A stretch of 62,042 nt of DNA from Candidatus Omnitrophota bacterium. GTDB taxonomy: Bacteria > Omnitrophota > Gorgyraeia > Tantalellales > Tantalellaceae. The position numbers and the translations under genes are program-made. Under the pieces are notes generated by a model. The model ran no database searches. It had not been told where the DNA came from and worked only from the letters and a program-made list of their open reading frames with translations. Where the stretch lies: NCBI GenBank assembly GCA_043812935.1, contig JBDRLO010000076.1, positions 1-62,042 on the forward strand. Direction: 5' to 3'. Below are positions 8,655 through 16,709 of this stretch, one piece after another (positions within the stretch are counted from its first letter, which is position 1; every line of letters begins with the position of its first letter).

Positions 8655-11600
8655 ATGGATAACAAACACTACAAAAACATGAAAAAGGGTTTAACTTGTG
8701 CATTGGTAGCAATGTTTTGCGCTTGTTTTGTATTTCAGGATGCTTGGGCTGCCGTGGATCTAAACCGTGCGCGTTATGATATTCCTGTGGCGCCGCCGGC
8801 ATACGGGCATTTTGCCGTACTTGATACCAATACTTTTACTATTCCCGCGCATCTTGGCGATGTTAAATATGCCTATAACGGCGATTCAAATATGGTTGTC
8901 ATTCATATTCAGGATGCGCATTGTAATTATTATGCTCAGCGTAAGATTTCGGATATCCTTGATTATTTAAATAAAGAATATGGTGTAAGTGTAATAAATT
9001 TGGAAGGTGGCGTAGGTGAATATGATCTAGGTGTTTTTACGTCAATATCCGGAGAAACAATCAGAAAAGAAGTTGCCGATTACTTTGTTAAACAGGGTGA
9101 AATTAATGGGGCTGAGTTTTATGCTGTTAACAATCCTGAAAAAGTAATGCTGTGGGGGGTAGAAGACAAGGATTTATATTTGGATAATCTTCAGGTTTAC
9201 CGCGATTCATTAAAATATAAACCTGAAGTGGATAAATATTTAAACGAATTGACACATATTTTAAATAATTTAAAACGCCATATTTTTTCGCCGGAACTTT
9301 TGAAGTTTGACATAGCGTATGGTGCCTACAAGTCAGGGAACCTGGGGTTTCGGGAATACCTTGAATTTTTAATTGCAAAAGCAAATGATGCGGCAATTGA
9401 CGTAAAAAGTTTTAATAATTTGTATCTTTTGATCCAGGCAATGGAGCAGGAAGATGAAATAGATTTTAAAAAAGCAAATATGGAAAGAAACATTCTGATA
9501 GATGAACTTAAAAACAGTCTTTCCAAACATGAGATAGCAGAACTTGTTTCCAAAAGTGTTGATTTTAAAACAAAGAAGATCTCCCGCAAAAACTTTTATA
9601 GCTATCTTTTAACTAAAGCTGAAGAAGTTAAGATCAAGATTAGCCGTTTTTCTGAGCTGTCCAATTATATTACATATGTGATGACATATGAAGCAGTTAA
9701 CCGTTTTCATGTTATGAAAGAGCTTGATGAATTGGAGTCGAAAATAAAAGAGCCTTTATATAAAAATGATATTGACCAGCAGCTTACTAACCTTTCCCGA
9801 AATTTGGCGCTAACCAAAAACATTTTTAATATTTCACTGACAAAAACAGATTATGAATATTATCTTGCGAATAAAGATTCTTTTGGAATAATTAATTATG
9901 TTGATTTCATCGAAAAAGAAGCGCCGAAATATAAAATAGACGCCAGGCCTTCTGCGTCAATTTTTATGTTGGATGATTACCGGGGCAGGATATCCGGGTT
10001 TTACGAGTATTCCTTTGAAAGAGATAAAGTTTTTATTAAAAACCTGAAATTTCATCCTGAACGGGAAAATGTTGAAACAGCTGTACTTATGACGGGCGGA
10101 TTCCATACGGAAAACCTGTGCGATCTTTTTAAAAGTAAAAATATTTCTTATGTATCCATAATTCCAAAATTTACAAGTGAAAAAGGTTATGAGTGCCCGT
10201 ATTTTGATTTGCTTGCGGGCCAGACAACTAATATCCAGCGAATGCTGACTTCAGTTCTTGCGAAAACTTCAACACTTCAATACGCTAGCCGTCTTTCATC
10301 ATTAGGAAAAGATGTTTGGGGCGAACGAGAAATAGACAGTTTTAACGCAGCGGTATATATACGAGAACTTATTGTCAGAGCAAAACAGGAACAAGGCCGG
10401 AATATAAAGATAGTTTTGGTACGGGCAGATAATAGACCAGTTGAAGATGAAGAAGGCGAAGTTATTTTTGGGGAAGAAAACGCAGAACCCGAACTTTTAA
10501 CTGTTACAGAGCTTTTGGATGAGATTGCGCAGCCTATTTCGGTGCCCACTGTACCTTCTGTTCCGTCAAGAGGGGAATTGTCACCTAAAGTACGGGAAAT
10601 GAGAGATATTGCCCGGGCATCCTTCGAAGTTTTAACGACGAATCCTGTAGTGAAAACTGCTGTTCCGGAAAAGTTTGCTTTGCATAAAGCTATGAATCAG
10701 ATTGAAGCTGGTAAAAGCATTCTTGTTGTTACCGCGGAAGCTTCAGCCGTAAGGGATCTAAACGAAATATACGGACATACCGGGGTTGACCTTTTGAGAG
10801 ATGAGTTTGGAAAAGCATTTTACAAATTCATCGAACAGGAAAAAGATGAGTTAAGCGATATAGGTGTAAAATTTACTACATATTACAATCCGTATGGCGG
10901 CAGATGGCATTACATTTTTACGGTTGAAGAAGATTATAATGAACAGGCTTTTGAAAAATTTTTGAATAAGCTATTAGAATCTTCTCTTGCGCTTGCCAGA
11001 GAAGAAGCGGAAAAATCCGGTCTTAAAGAAACAAAAGTATTTAACGTCATTATGAGTGCTTCTGAACCAAGTGCTAAAGATATTAATATAAGTGTGACAG
11101 AGAAATATCAGGACAAAAAACAAAAGGTGCTTTTAGATAAATTATTTGGTATTTGCCGTGAAAAGAAAGTTCCCCAAAATGTGAAGGATTGGCTAGCGAG
11201 CAAAATAAATAGCCCCCCTGTTGAAATTTTGAATGAGCTTGAGGCGTATAAATCCGATTTGGGCATAAGTTCAATCAGTGAGTTTGAAAAAACAGTAGAT
11301 TTATTAGCGCGTGATGAATATTTAAAGAACAAGGTTAGGGATACAATTTACAATAGCCGTGATTTAATAATTTTCGCTGAAAATAAGTATTTCGCTGATA
11401 ATTTTATTCCATGGGCTTCACGAAGGGTTCGGGATGTTCTGGCGCAGAAAAATATATCCAATACTGTTCCAGCCGACGGGATAAAGAGGGTATTTTTTGC
11501 GGATGAAACGATAAAAGACTGGATCAGTAAAGCTAAGAATGACGGAGACTTAAAAGTTTTGTTTGATTATTTTGGACTGCCGAAATATATCCCTGATTAT

Positions 11601-13175
11601 ACTAAGGTAGAAGCGGAATTAAAAGCATTGCAGGAAAGGATAGGGGCAAATCCTCAGGGAGTAGAATTGGATAATTTAACTCAGGATGTGGAAGCTTTTG
11701 TTTCTAAAGTATTATCCCTGAATTTTGAAACAGTTTACGGTGTCCCGACTGGATTGAATGTTATTAATACGCTTATGCGCAAGTTTTCTGAAAAATTGCA
11801 GCAGCGAAAGCAGGGAAGAGTTTTTAGAATTAATGCTGATTTTGATTTTTTGTCGCAGGCTCCTGTTGAAGTCGGTGATGTTTTAAAATTAAAAGGTATT
11901 CCTATTATAAACGAAGAGTTTGGAAATGCTTTTGCGGATAAAAATGAAAGCACGGCAGTTACTGTTCAGAAGGGCGCGGGGGATGAACTTGTGATTATTG
12001 GTTATTTTGAAGGCAAAGAAACAGAATTTAAAGATACTTTGCGGAGAGTATTTACCGCAATTAATGCGAAACTGCAGGAAATCAAATTTAATGGACAGCC
12101 AATCGTTTATAATGTTTTAAGCAAAGGAACAGAACTAAGCTGGAAACCTTCTATAAGCGCTGGTGTGAGTTCTGTTTCGGATTTAACCGGGCAGGAACAA
12201 ATAATACATGAAGCCGAACTTTTGGATGCGAAAGCAGAAGCAGCAGTTCAGTATTCTAAAGATGAAGGAAGAGCGGGTATTTCATTTTTTGAAGATATTC
12301 CGGAAAAACCTGTGGAACTTGAACAGGCGTCTTTTGAGCCGTATGTTTCAGATGATCTTTTTAAACGAATTCCTTTTGCGCGTGAAATTATGACAAAAGA
12401 TGCGGCTTTAGTAGGGCAGAAATTTGCGGAAATGAATCGAGAAGAAATTCACTCCAGAGTTAAACAAATGTCTATTGAAGAGCTTGAAAAGCTTGTGGCA
12501 GAAGTGCCAAAAAATGAAATGGATAGTTTATTCTATAAGGCTGCTTTTTTGGAACTGGAAGGCCGCAAGGCAAAAGATCTTTTATGCCTTATGCGTCACA
12601 CTGCGCCATATGCAATTTTAATTCCGCTTACAGAAGATCAAATGCTGGTAGAAAGATCCAAACATCAGGGTGTTGTCCAAAGTACTGCCAGAGTTATAGA
12701 GAAAAAATATTATGCGAGTATAAGAGTGTTTTTTTACACAAAAGGTGATATAGGGGCATTAAAAGAGGCTAGAGAGAAGGCATTGGCAACAGATGCATTT
12801 AAAAAGGATGAAAATGCGCTTCTTTTGGCTTATGTAACGAATGATATGAAGCAGGCAGATATTGAAGCTTTTAAGCAGCTTAATAAAGTTGCCGGTGTTG
12901 TTAAAGAGGAGATTGCAGAAGGCCAAAGATTAGATGAAGTTCTGCATGTTGTGATTGGAGCAGGGCTTATTGATTATGTAAGAACAGGACGATCCGAGAT
13001 GGCTGAGAAAGTCAAAGCGTTACTTAGTATTATGGTAGAAGATGCTGACAGCATCAAGGCTCTGAGTTTAGAGAATTTGCTTAAAGGTTTAGTCCTATTA
13101 AAAATCAAGAAAATAGATTATGGCGAAATAGACGATTGGAAAGAAGCGCAGGATGCGGTTTTGAAGGCATTGTAA
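8655..13175 (+). CDS. Large secreted multidomain protein: EreA/ChaN/Tiki-like domain, two degenerate GGDEF-like domains, shared C-terminal domain
   Basis: Signal peptide ending QDAWA; HIQDAHCN...NLEGG...LMTGGFH; DLNEIYGHTGVD...YGGRWHY; GAGDELVI...SISAGVS...YSKDEGR; ends LKIKKIDYGEIDDWKEAQDAVLKAL. Confidence 0.8.
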   Translation: MDNKHYKNMKKGLTCALVAMFCACFVFQDAWAAVDLNRARYDIPVAPPAYGHFAVLDTNTFTIPAHLGDVKYAYNGDSNMVVIHIQDAHCNYYAQRKISDILDYLNKEYGVSVINLEGGVGEYDLGVFTSISGETIRKEVADYFVKQGEINGAEFYAVNNPEKVMLWGVEDKDLYLDNLQVYRDSLKYKPEVDKYLNELTHILNNLKRHIFSPELLKFDIAYGAYKSGNLGFREYLEFLIAKANDAAIDVKSFNNLYLLIQAMEQEDEIDFKKANMERNILIDELKNSLSKHEIAELVSKSVDFKTKKISRKNFYSYLLTKAEEVKIKISRFSELSNYITYVMTYEAVNRFHVMKELDELESKIKEPLYKNDIDQQLTNLSRNLALTKNIFNISLTKTDYEYYLANKDSFGIINYVDFIEKEAPKYKIDARPSASIFMLDDYRGRISGFYEYSFERDKVFIKNLKFHPERENVETAVLMTGGFHTENLCDLFKSKNISYVSIIPKFTSEKGYECPYFDLLAGQTTNIQRMLTSVLAKTSTLQYASRLSSLGKDVWGEREIDSFNAAVYIRELIVRAKQEQGRNIKIVLVRADNRPVEDEEGEVIFGEENAEPELLTVTELLDEIAQPISVPTVPSVPSRGELSPKVREMRDIARASFEVLTTNPVVKTAVPEKFALHKAMNQIEAGKSILVVTAEASAVRDLNEIYGHTGVDLLRDEFGKAFYKFIEQEKDELSDIGVKFTTYYNPYGGRWHYIFTVEEDYNEQAFEKFLNKLLESSLALAREEAEKSGLKETKVFNVIMSASEPSAKDINISVTEKYQDKKQKVLLDKLFGICREKKVPQNVKDWLASKINSPPVEILNELEAYKSDLGISSISEFEKTVDLLARDEYLKNKVRDTIYNSRDLIIFAENKYFADNFIPWASRRVRDVLAQKNISNTVPADGIKRVFFADETIKDWISKAKNDGDLKVLFDYFGLPKYIPDYTKVEAELKALQERIGANPQGVELDNLTQDVEAFVSKVLSLNFETVYGVPTGLNVINTLMRKFSEKLQQRKQGRVFRINADFDFLSQAPVEVGDVLKLKGIPIINEEFGNAFADKNESTAVTVQKGAGDELVIIGYFEGKETEFKDTLRRVFTAINAKLQEIKFNGQPIVYNVLSKGTELSWKPSISAGVSSVSDLTGQEQIIHEAELLDAKAEAAVQYSKDEGRAGISFFEDIPEKPVELEQASFEPYVSDDLFKRIPFAREIMTKDAALVGQKFAEMNREEIHSRVKQMSIEELEKLVAEVPKNEMDSLFYKAAFLELEGRKAKDLLCLMRHTAPYAILIPLTEDQMLVERSKHQGVVQSTARVIEKKYYASIRVFFYTKGDIGALKEAREKALATDAFKKDENALLLAYVTNDMKQADIEAFKQLNKVAGVVKEEIAEGQRLDEVLHVVIGAGLIDYVRTGRSEMAEKVKALLSIMVEDADSIKALSLENLLKGLVLLKIKKIDYGEIDDWKEAQDAVLKAL

Positions 13176-13181
13176 TGTGTT

Positions 13182-13216
13182 TACGCTGCACGTGACACGT
13201 TTCACGTTACACGCAG
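13182..13216 (+). repeat. ACACGNW-family heptamer tandem repeat
   Basis: tacgctg-cacgtga-cacgttt-cacgtta-cacgcag right after the stop codon. Confidence 0.75.
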
Positions 13217-13256
13217 CAGATGAAACATTAACAATTGAATTGGGATGTTTAAAAAG

Positions 13257-13730
13257 TTAAAACCGCATAAATTGGAGAAGGTGTATGGTAAATACACAGG
13301 TGCCGATTATTGTACGGATAAGCCTCAAGCCCTGATTTTTCCAGGAAAAATTTTTTTTCAAAGAAAGGCTAAAAAGCCCTTCAACCAGTAGAAATATTCC
13401 TGCGATGAAAGCAGTCCAGTCTATAAAACTCTGAGTGAACGCGCTTTCAAGTATTTTACAGTCAATGCCCCAAATAAACTGTATTAAATGGACAGTAAAT
13501 ATACAAAGGCCTATTAGTATTCGTATAGTCCGCAAAAACTGGTCAGGGAAAAAAGCAGTTGGATATTTGCGTATTTTATAAATTGCTTCAGTTATCAAAA
13601 ATATTCCTACAAGAAAAGAAAACCAGTCAATTGTAGAATTCGCGAAATTTGTATCAAATAACCGGCAGATTATTAAAAATGCGGTTGTTATTAAGACAAT
13701 GATAATTATAATAGGTAATAGCTTTTTCAT
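13257..13730 (-). CDS. Small integral membrane protein with an internal duplication
   Basis: 157 aa, ~5 hydrophobic helices; IDWFSFLVGIFLITEA...LRTIRILIGLCIFTVHLIQF recurs as IDWTAFIAGIFLLVEG...LRLIRTIIGTCVFTIHLLQF. Confidence 0.8.
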   Translation of the reverse strand: MKKLLPIIIIIVLITTAFLIICRLFDTNFANSTIDWFSFLVGIFLITEAIYKIRKYPTAFFPDQFLRTIRILIGLCIFTVHLIQFIWGIDCKILESAFTQSFIDWTAFIAGIFLLVEGLFSLSLKKNFSWKNQGLRLIRTIIGTCVFTIHLLQFMRF

Positions 13731-13765
13731 GAAAAAAGAGTATCATAGAAGTATCACAGGGTCAA

Positions 13766-13812
13766 GTTGGTTAGCCGGTTGGCCGGTTAGCCGGTTAGCC
13801 AGTTAGCTGGTT
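13766..13812 (+). repeat. CCGGTTAG octamer tandem array (about 6 units)
   Basis: gttggttag-ccggttgg-ccggttag-ccggttag-ccagttag-ctggtt, followed by a truncated REP (gtagggacgcctgtccggt, 13814-13832). Confidence 0.85.
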
Positions 13813-13876
13813 TGTAGGGACGCCTGTCCGGTACAAAAACGATATTATAGCAAATTCAAAAAATAATGTCCCGAAT

Positions 13877-13917
13877 TGTCATCCCGGAATCTTGATGAAA
13901 TCTGGATATCCGGGATC
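13877..13917. repeat. TGTCATCCCGG-type palindromic element
   Basis: tgtcatcccgga...atccgggatc imperfect inverted repeat. Confidence 0.5.
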
Positions 13918-13986
13918 TGTTATGTACAATTAATTTCTGTAATTGGAAACAGGAAAAACATATTTGGTGAATATAATAAAAAATAT

Positions 13987-14013
13987 GTAGGGGAGGGCCT
14001 TGCGTCCTCCCGT
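13987..14013 (+). repeat. GTAG-tagged REP-like palindrome, type B
   Basis: gtaggggagggccttgcgtcctcccgt. Confidence 0.8.
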
Positions 14014-14063
14014 AATAACTTTTAAACGACATGTAATACGCGAAGAAAAGAGAGGTGGGGGAT

Positions 14064-14993
14064 ATGGAATATAGAAAGATTGGTAATTCTGATATGGAAG
14101 TGTCGAGTATTTCTCTTGGATCTTGGGTTTTTGGGGGCGATGTATGGGGTAAAGTTGATGATAGTGTTTCTATTCGTGTTATTGAGGAAGCGATAGAACG
14201 AGGTATTAATTTGATAGACACGGCTCCAATATACGGTTACGGCCGTGCAGAGGAAGTTATTGGCCGTGCATTACAAAAAAAGTCAAAACGAGTGATGATA
14301 GCTACAAAATGCGGGCTTGAAGGCAAAGGGGTGTCCGTCAGGCCTAATTTAAGCGCGAAATTCGTTCGGCAGGAAATAGAGAATTCTCTCAGGCGTCTTA
14401 ATGTTGAAAGCATAGATTTGTATCAGTGTCATTGGCCTGATCCCAATACGCCGCTTTCTGAAACTTTTGGTGAGTTTAAAAAACTCATTCAGGAAGGAAA
14501 AATAAAATTTATTGGTGTATGCAACTTTAGTAGAAACCTTTTAGAGGATGCTGTTTCTATCGCGCCCGTTATAAGCAATCAGGTTCAATATTCTCTTTTG
14601 GATAGAGAAATAGAAAAAGAACTTGTTTCTTATTGCGCGGAAAACAAAATATCAATTCTGGTGTATGGATCTTTAGGCGGGGGCATATTAACCGGAAAAT
14701 ATAAAGCGCCTCCTTCATTTTCAAAAGGAGACGTTAAAAGTTTTTTTTATAAGTATTATAAAGAACCATTCTGGAGTAAGGCGCAAAAACTGGTAAGAAC
14801 GCTTGAAAATATTGCGGAAAAATATAAAGTTCCGGTTTCACAAACAGCTGTTAATTGGGTTCTTAGCCATAAGATTGTTGCAAGCTGTATAGTCGGCTGC
14901 CGTACGCCAGGGCAATTTGAACAAAATATCAATGCAGTTGATTGGAGATTGAATGAGGAAGAGCTTGCAGGAATTGAATCCGTTGAATTGTGA
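14064..14993 (+). CDS. Aldo/keto reductase
   Basis: LIDTAPIYGYGRAEE, IATKCG, SLRRLNVESIDLYQCHWPD, IGVCNF, QVQYSLL; ATG at 14064 (GTG at 14055 is an alternative). Confidence 0.95.
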   Translation: MEYRKIGNSDMEVSSISLGSWVFGGDVWGKVDDSVSIRVIEEAIERGINLIDTAPIYGYGRAEEVIGRALQKKSKRVMIATKCGLEGKGVSVRPNLSAKFVRQEIENSLRRLNVESIDLYQCHWPDPNTPLSETFGEFKKLIQEGKIKFIGVCNFSRNLLEDAVSIAPVISNQVQYSLLDREIEKELVSYCAENKISILVYGSLGGGILTGKYKAPPSFSKGDVKSFFYKYYKEPFWSKAQKLVRTLENIAEKYKVPVSQTAVNWVLSHKIVASCIVGCRTPGQFEQNINAVDWRLNEEELAGIESVEL

Positions 14994-15035
14994 AAGGTAA
15001 ATGGTGAATAGTAAACAAGGGGAAATAAAAATATC

Positions 15036-15095
15036 GTAGGGGAGGGTCTTGTGACCGAAGGAAATCCCGAGGATATCCGAAGGGCGTCCTCCCGT
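15036..15095 (+). repeat. REP type B with nested insert, between convergent genes
   Basis: gtaggggagggtcttg-[tgaccgaaggaaatcccgaggatatccgaaggg]-cgtcctcccgt. Confidence 0.8.
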
Positions 15096-15129
15096 AATGA
15101 ATTAGTTGTGAATGGTTGTGACAGGTTAA

Positions 15130-16395
15130 TTATTTAATCTCACCTGTTTTTATAATTTGTGCGTAATAACGCGCGGAATCTTTAATCGTGCGTTTTTGGG
15201 TTTTATAATCTACGTGGACAAGCCCAAAGCGTTTACTATATCCTTCAGCCCATTCAAAATTGTCTAAAAGCGACCAGTGCATATATCCAATTACAGGCGC
15301 GCCTTCATTTATAGCTTTAGCTAGTTCTGATAGATGGCTTTTAATGTAGCCCATCCGGATAGAATCGTTTTTTGTAGCTATTCCGTTTTCTGTTATCATT
15401 ATTGGCAGATTGTAACGGCAAAAGCTTTGTACTATTTCATAGATGCCTTTAGGGTATATTTCCCAGCCCATATCAGTTGTATTGCCGGAATTTGGGTGAT
15501 GATCAAGAGAGCATACTTCCCCAAGAAGTTTTTTGTAATGAATAAACTGACGAAAATAATAATTAAGGCCTATGAAATCAAGTGTATTTTTTGCGTGAAG
15601 TTTTTCTTTCGGTAGTCCTGGAATTAATATTTTGCCTTTAACTAATGATGAAACCGAACTGTAATTATGCAGCCAGCTTCTAAAACCAGTGCTTATCCGG
15701 TCTAAGAGTGAAAACGGACGGCATGGATGAAAAGCTGTTACTGCTTTTGCTATCCCGATTTTAGGGCTTAAAACCTGAGGGTTTGCCGCCGCGTAATTAT
15801 GGAAAATAGTGTAAATTTTCGCGTGGCTTTTAAGCATGTTTTTAAGAACAAGGAGGGCTTCATTAAAATTTTTTTTACAAGGCGGCCAGTCGCCATAGTA
15901 ATAGGCAAGGAAAGCTAAGATATGAGGTTCGTTTATTGTAATCCAGTATTGAATTTTTGTCCCTAATTCTTGTATGCATTTTTTTGCAAACCGTGTGAAA
16001 ATTTCAACTGAATTAGGATTTAACCATGATCCTTTTTGTGCGAACCAAAGAGGTACTGTGAAATGGTTTAAAGTTACTATCGGAGTAATGCCTAATCTGT
16101 GCAGTTCATCTAAAACGGATTTATAATGGTTCCATTCATTTTGATCCCAAACGTTTTCATATTTTTCAAGCCGGCTCCATTCTAAGCTTAGCCTGTGTGC
16201 GTTATGTCCCAGTTCTTTAGCAAGAATAAAATCTTCTTTGAATTTATTGTAGTGGTTGCATGCAAGAAGGGAAGCCTCTGTGTTTCCATTTTGTTCCCAG
16301 TTCCACCAGTCATTAAAAAAATTGTTACCTTCGACCTGATGCGAAGAGGTTGCCGCGCCCCACATAAAATTTTTAGGAAAAGATCTAGAATCCAT
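15130..16395 (-). CDS. Glycoside hydrolase family 1 (beta-glucosidase)
   Basis: FMWGAATSSHQVEG, TLNHF, INEP (acid/base), ITENG (nucleophile), WSLLDNFEW; no signal peptide. Confidence 0.95.
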   Translation of the reverse strand: MDSRSFPKNFMWGAATSSHQVEGNNFFNDWWNWEQNGNTEASLLACNHYNKFKEDFILAKELGHNAHRLSLEWSRLEKYENVWDQNEWNHYKSVLDELHRLGITPIVTLNHFTVPLWFAQKGSWLNPNSVEIFTRFAKKCIQELGTKIQYWITINEPHILAFLAYYYGDWPPCKKNFNEALLVLKNMLKSHAKIYTIFHNYAAANPQVLSPKIGIAKAVTAFHPCRPFSLLDRISTGFRSWLHNYSSVSSLVKGKILIPGLPKEKLHAKNTLDFIGLNYYFRQFIHYKKLLGEVCSLDHHPNSGNTTDMGWEIYPKGIYEIVQSFCRYNLPIMITENGIATKNDSIRMGYIKSHLSELAKAINEGAPVIGYMHWSLLDNFEWAEGYSKRFGLVHVDYKTQKRTIKDSARYYAQIIKTGEIK

Positions 16396-16415
16396 TATAA
16401 ATAAGTATAACTATT

Positions 16416-16540
16416 AAATGACAAAATTCAAATGACAAAAGGGGAATGACAAAATAAAAATGATAAATGATTAGCCGTGTTAGTCTTCTTGTATAAACTT
16501 GCGGGTTCCCCGAGCCGAATGCGAAGGGAAATGACAAAAT
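16416..16540 (+). repeat. Four AATGACAAAA direct repeats plus small palindromic modules
   Basis: Copies at about 16417, 16431, 16445, 16530; ttccccgagccgaatgcgaagggaa module at about 16506-16530. Confidence 0.7.
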
Positions 16541-16593
16541 TTCCTGCTAAAGCCGGGGGTGCTTCGGCGGAAAGGGGGAAAACAACCTTTTTC

Positions 16594-16622
16594 TTGACTT
16601 AATTTGCTTATTTTGCTATACT
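16594..16622 (+). promoter_or_regulatory. Putative sigma70 promoter for the 1315-aa gene
   Basis: TTGACT-17bp-TATACT with extended -10 TG. Confidence 0.65.
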
Positions 16623-16709
16623 TATTAGCACTGTAATGCCATTAAGATTAGGTAATAAATATGCCATAAGTGGTCAATAGGATGACTAACATGTATTTTT
16701 GAGGAAAAA

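Noticed and set aside
13856-14221. 121-aa minus-strand ORF
   Set aside because: Overlaps the aldo/keto reductase start and REP elements; no protein-like motif
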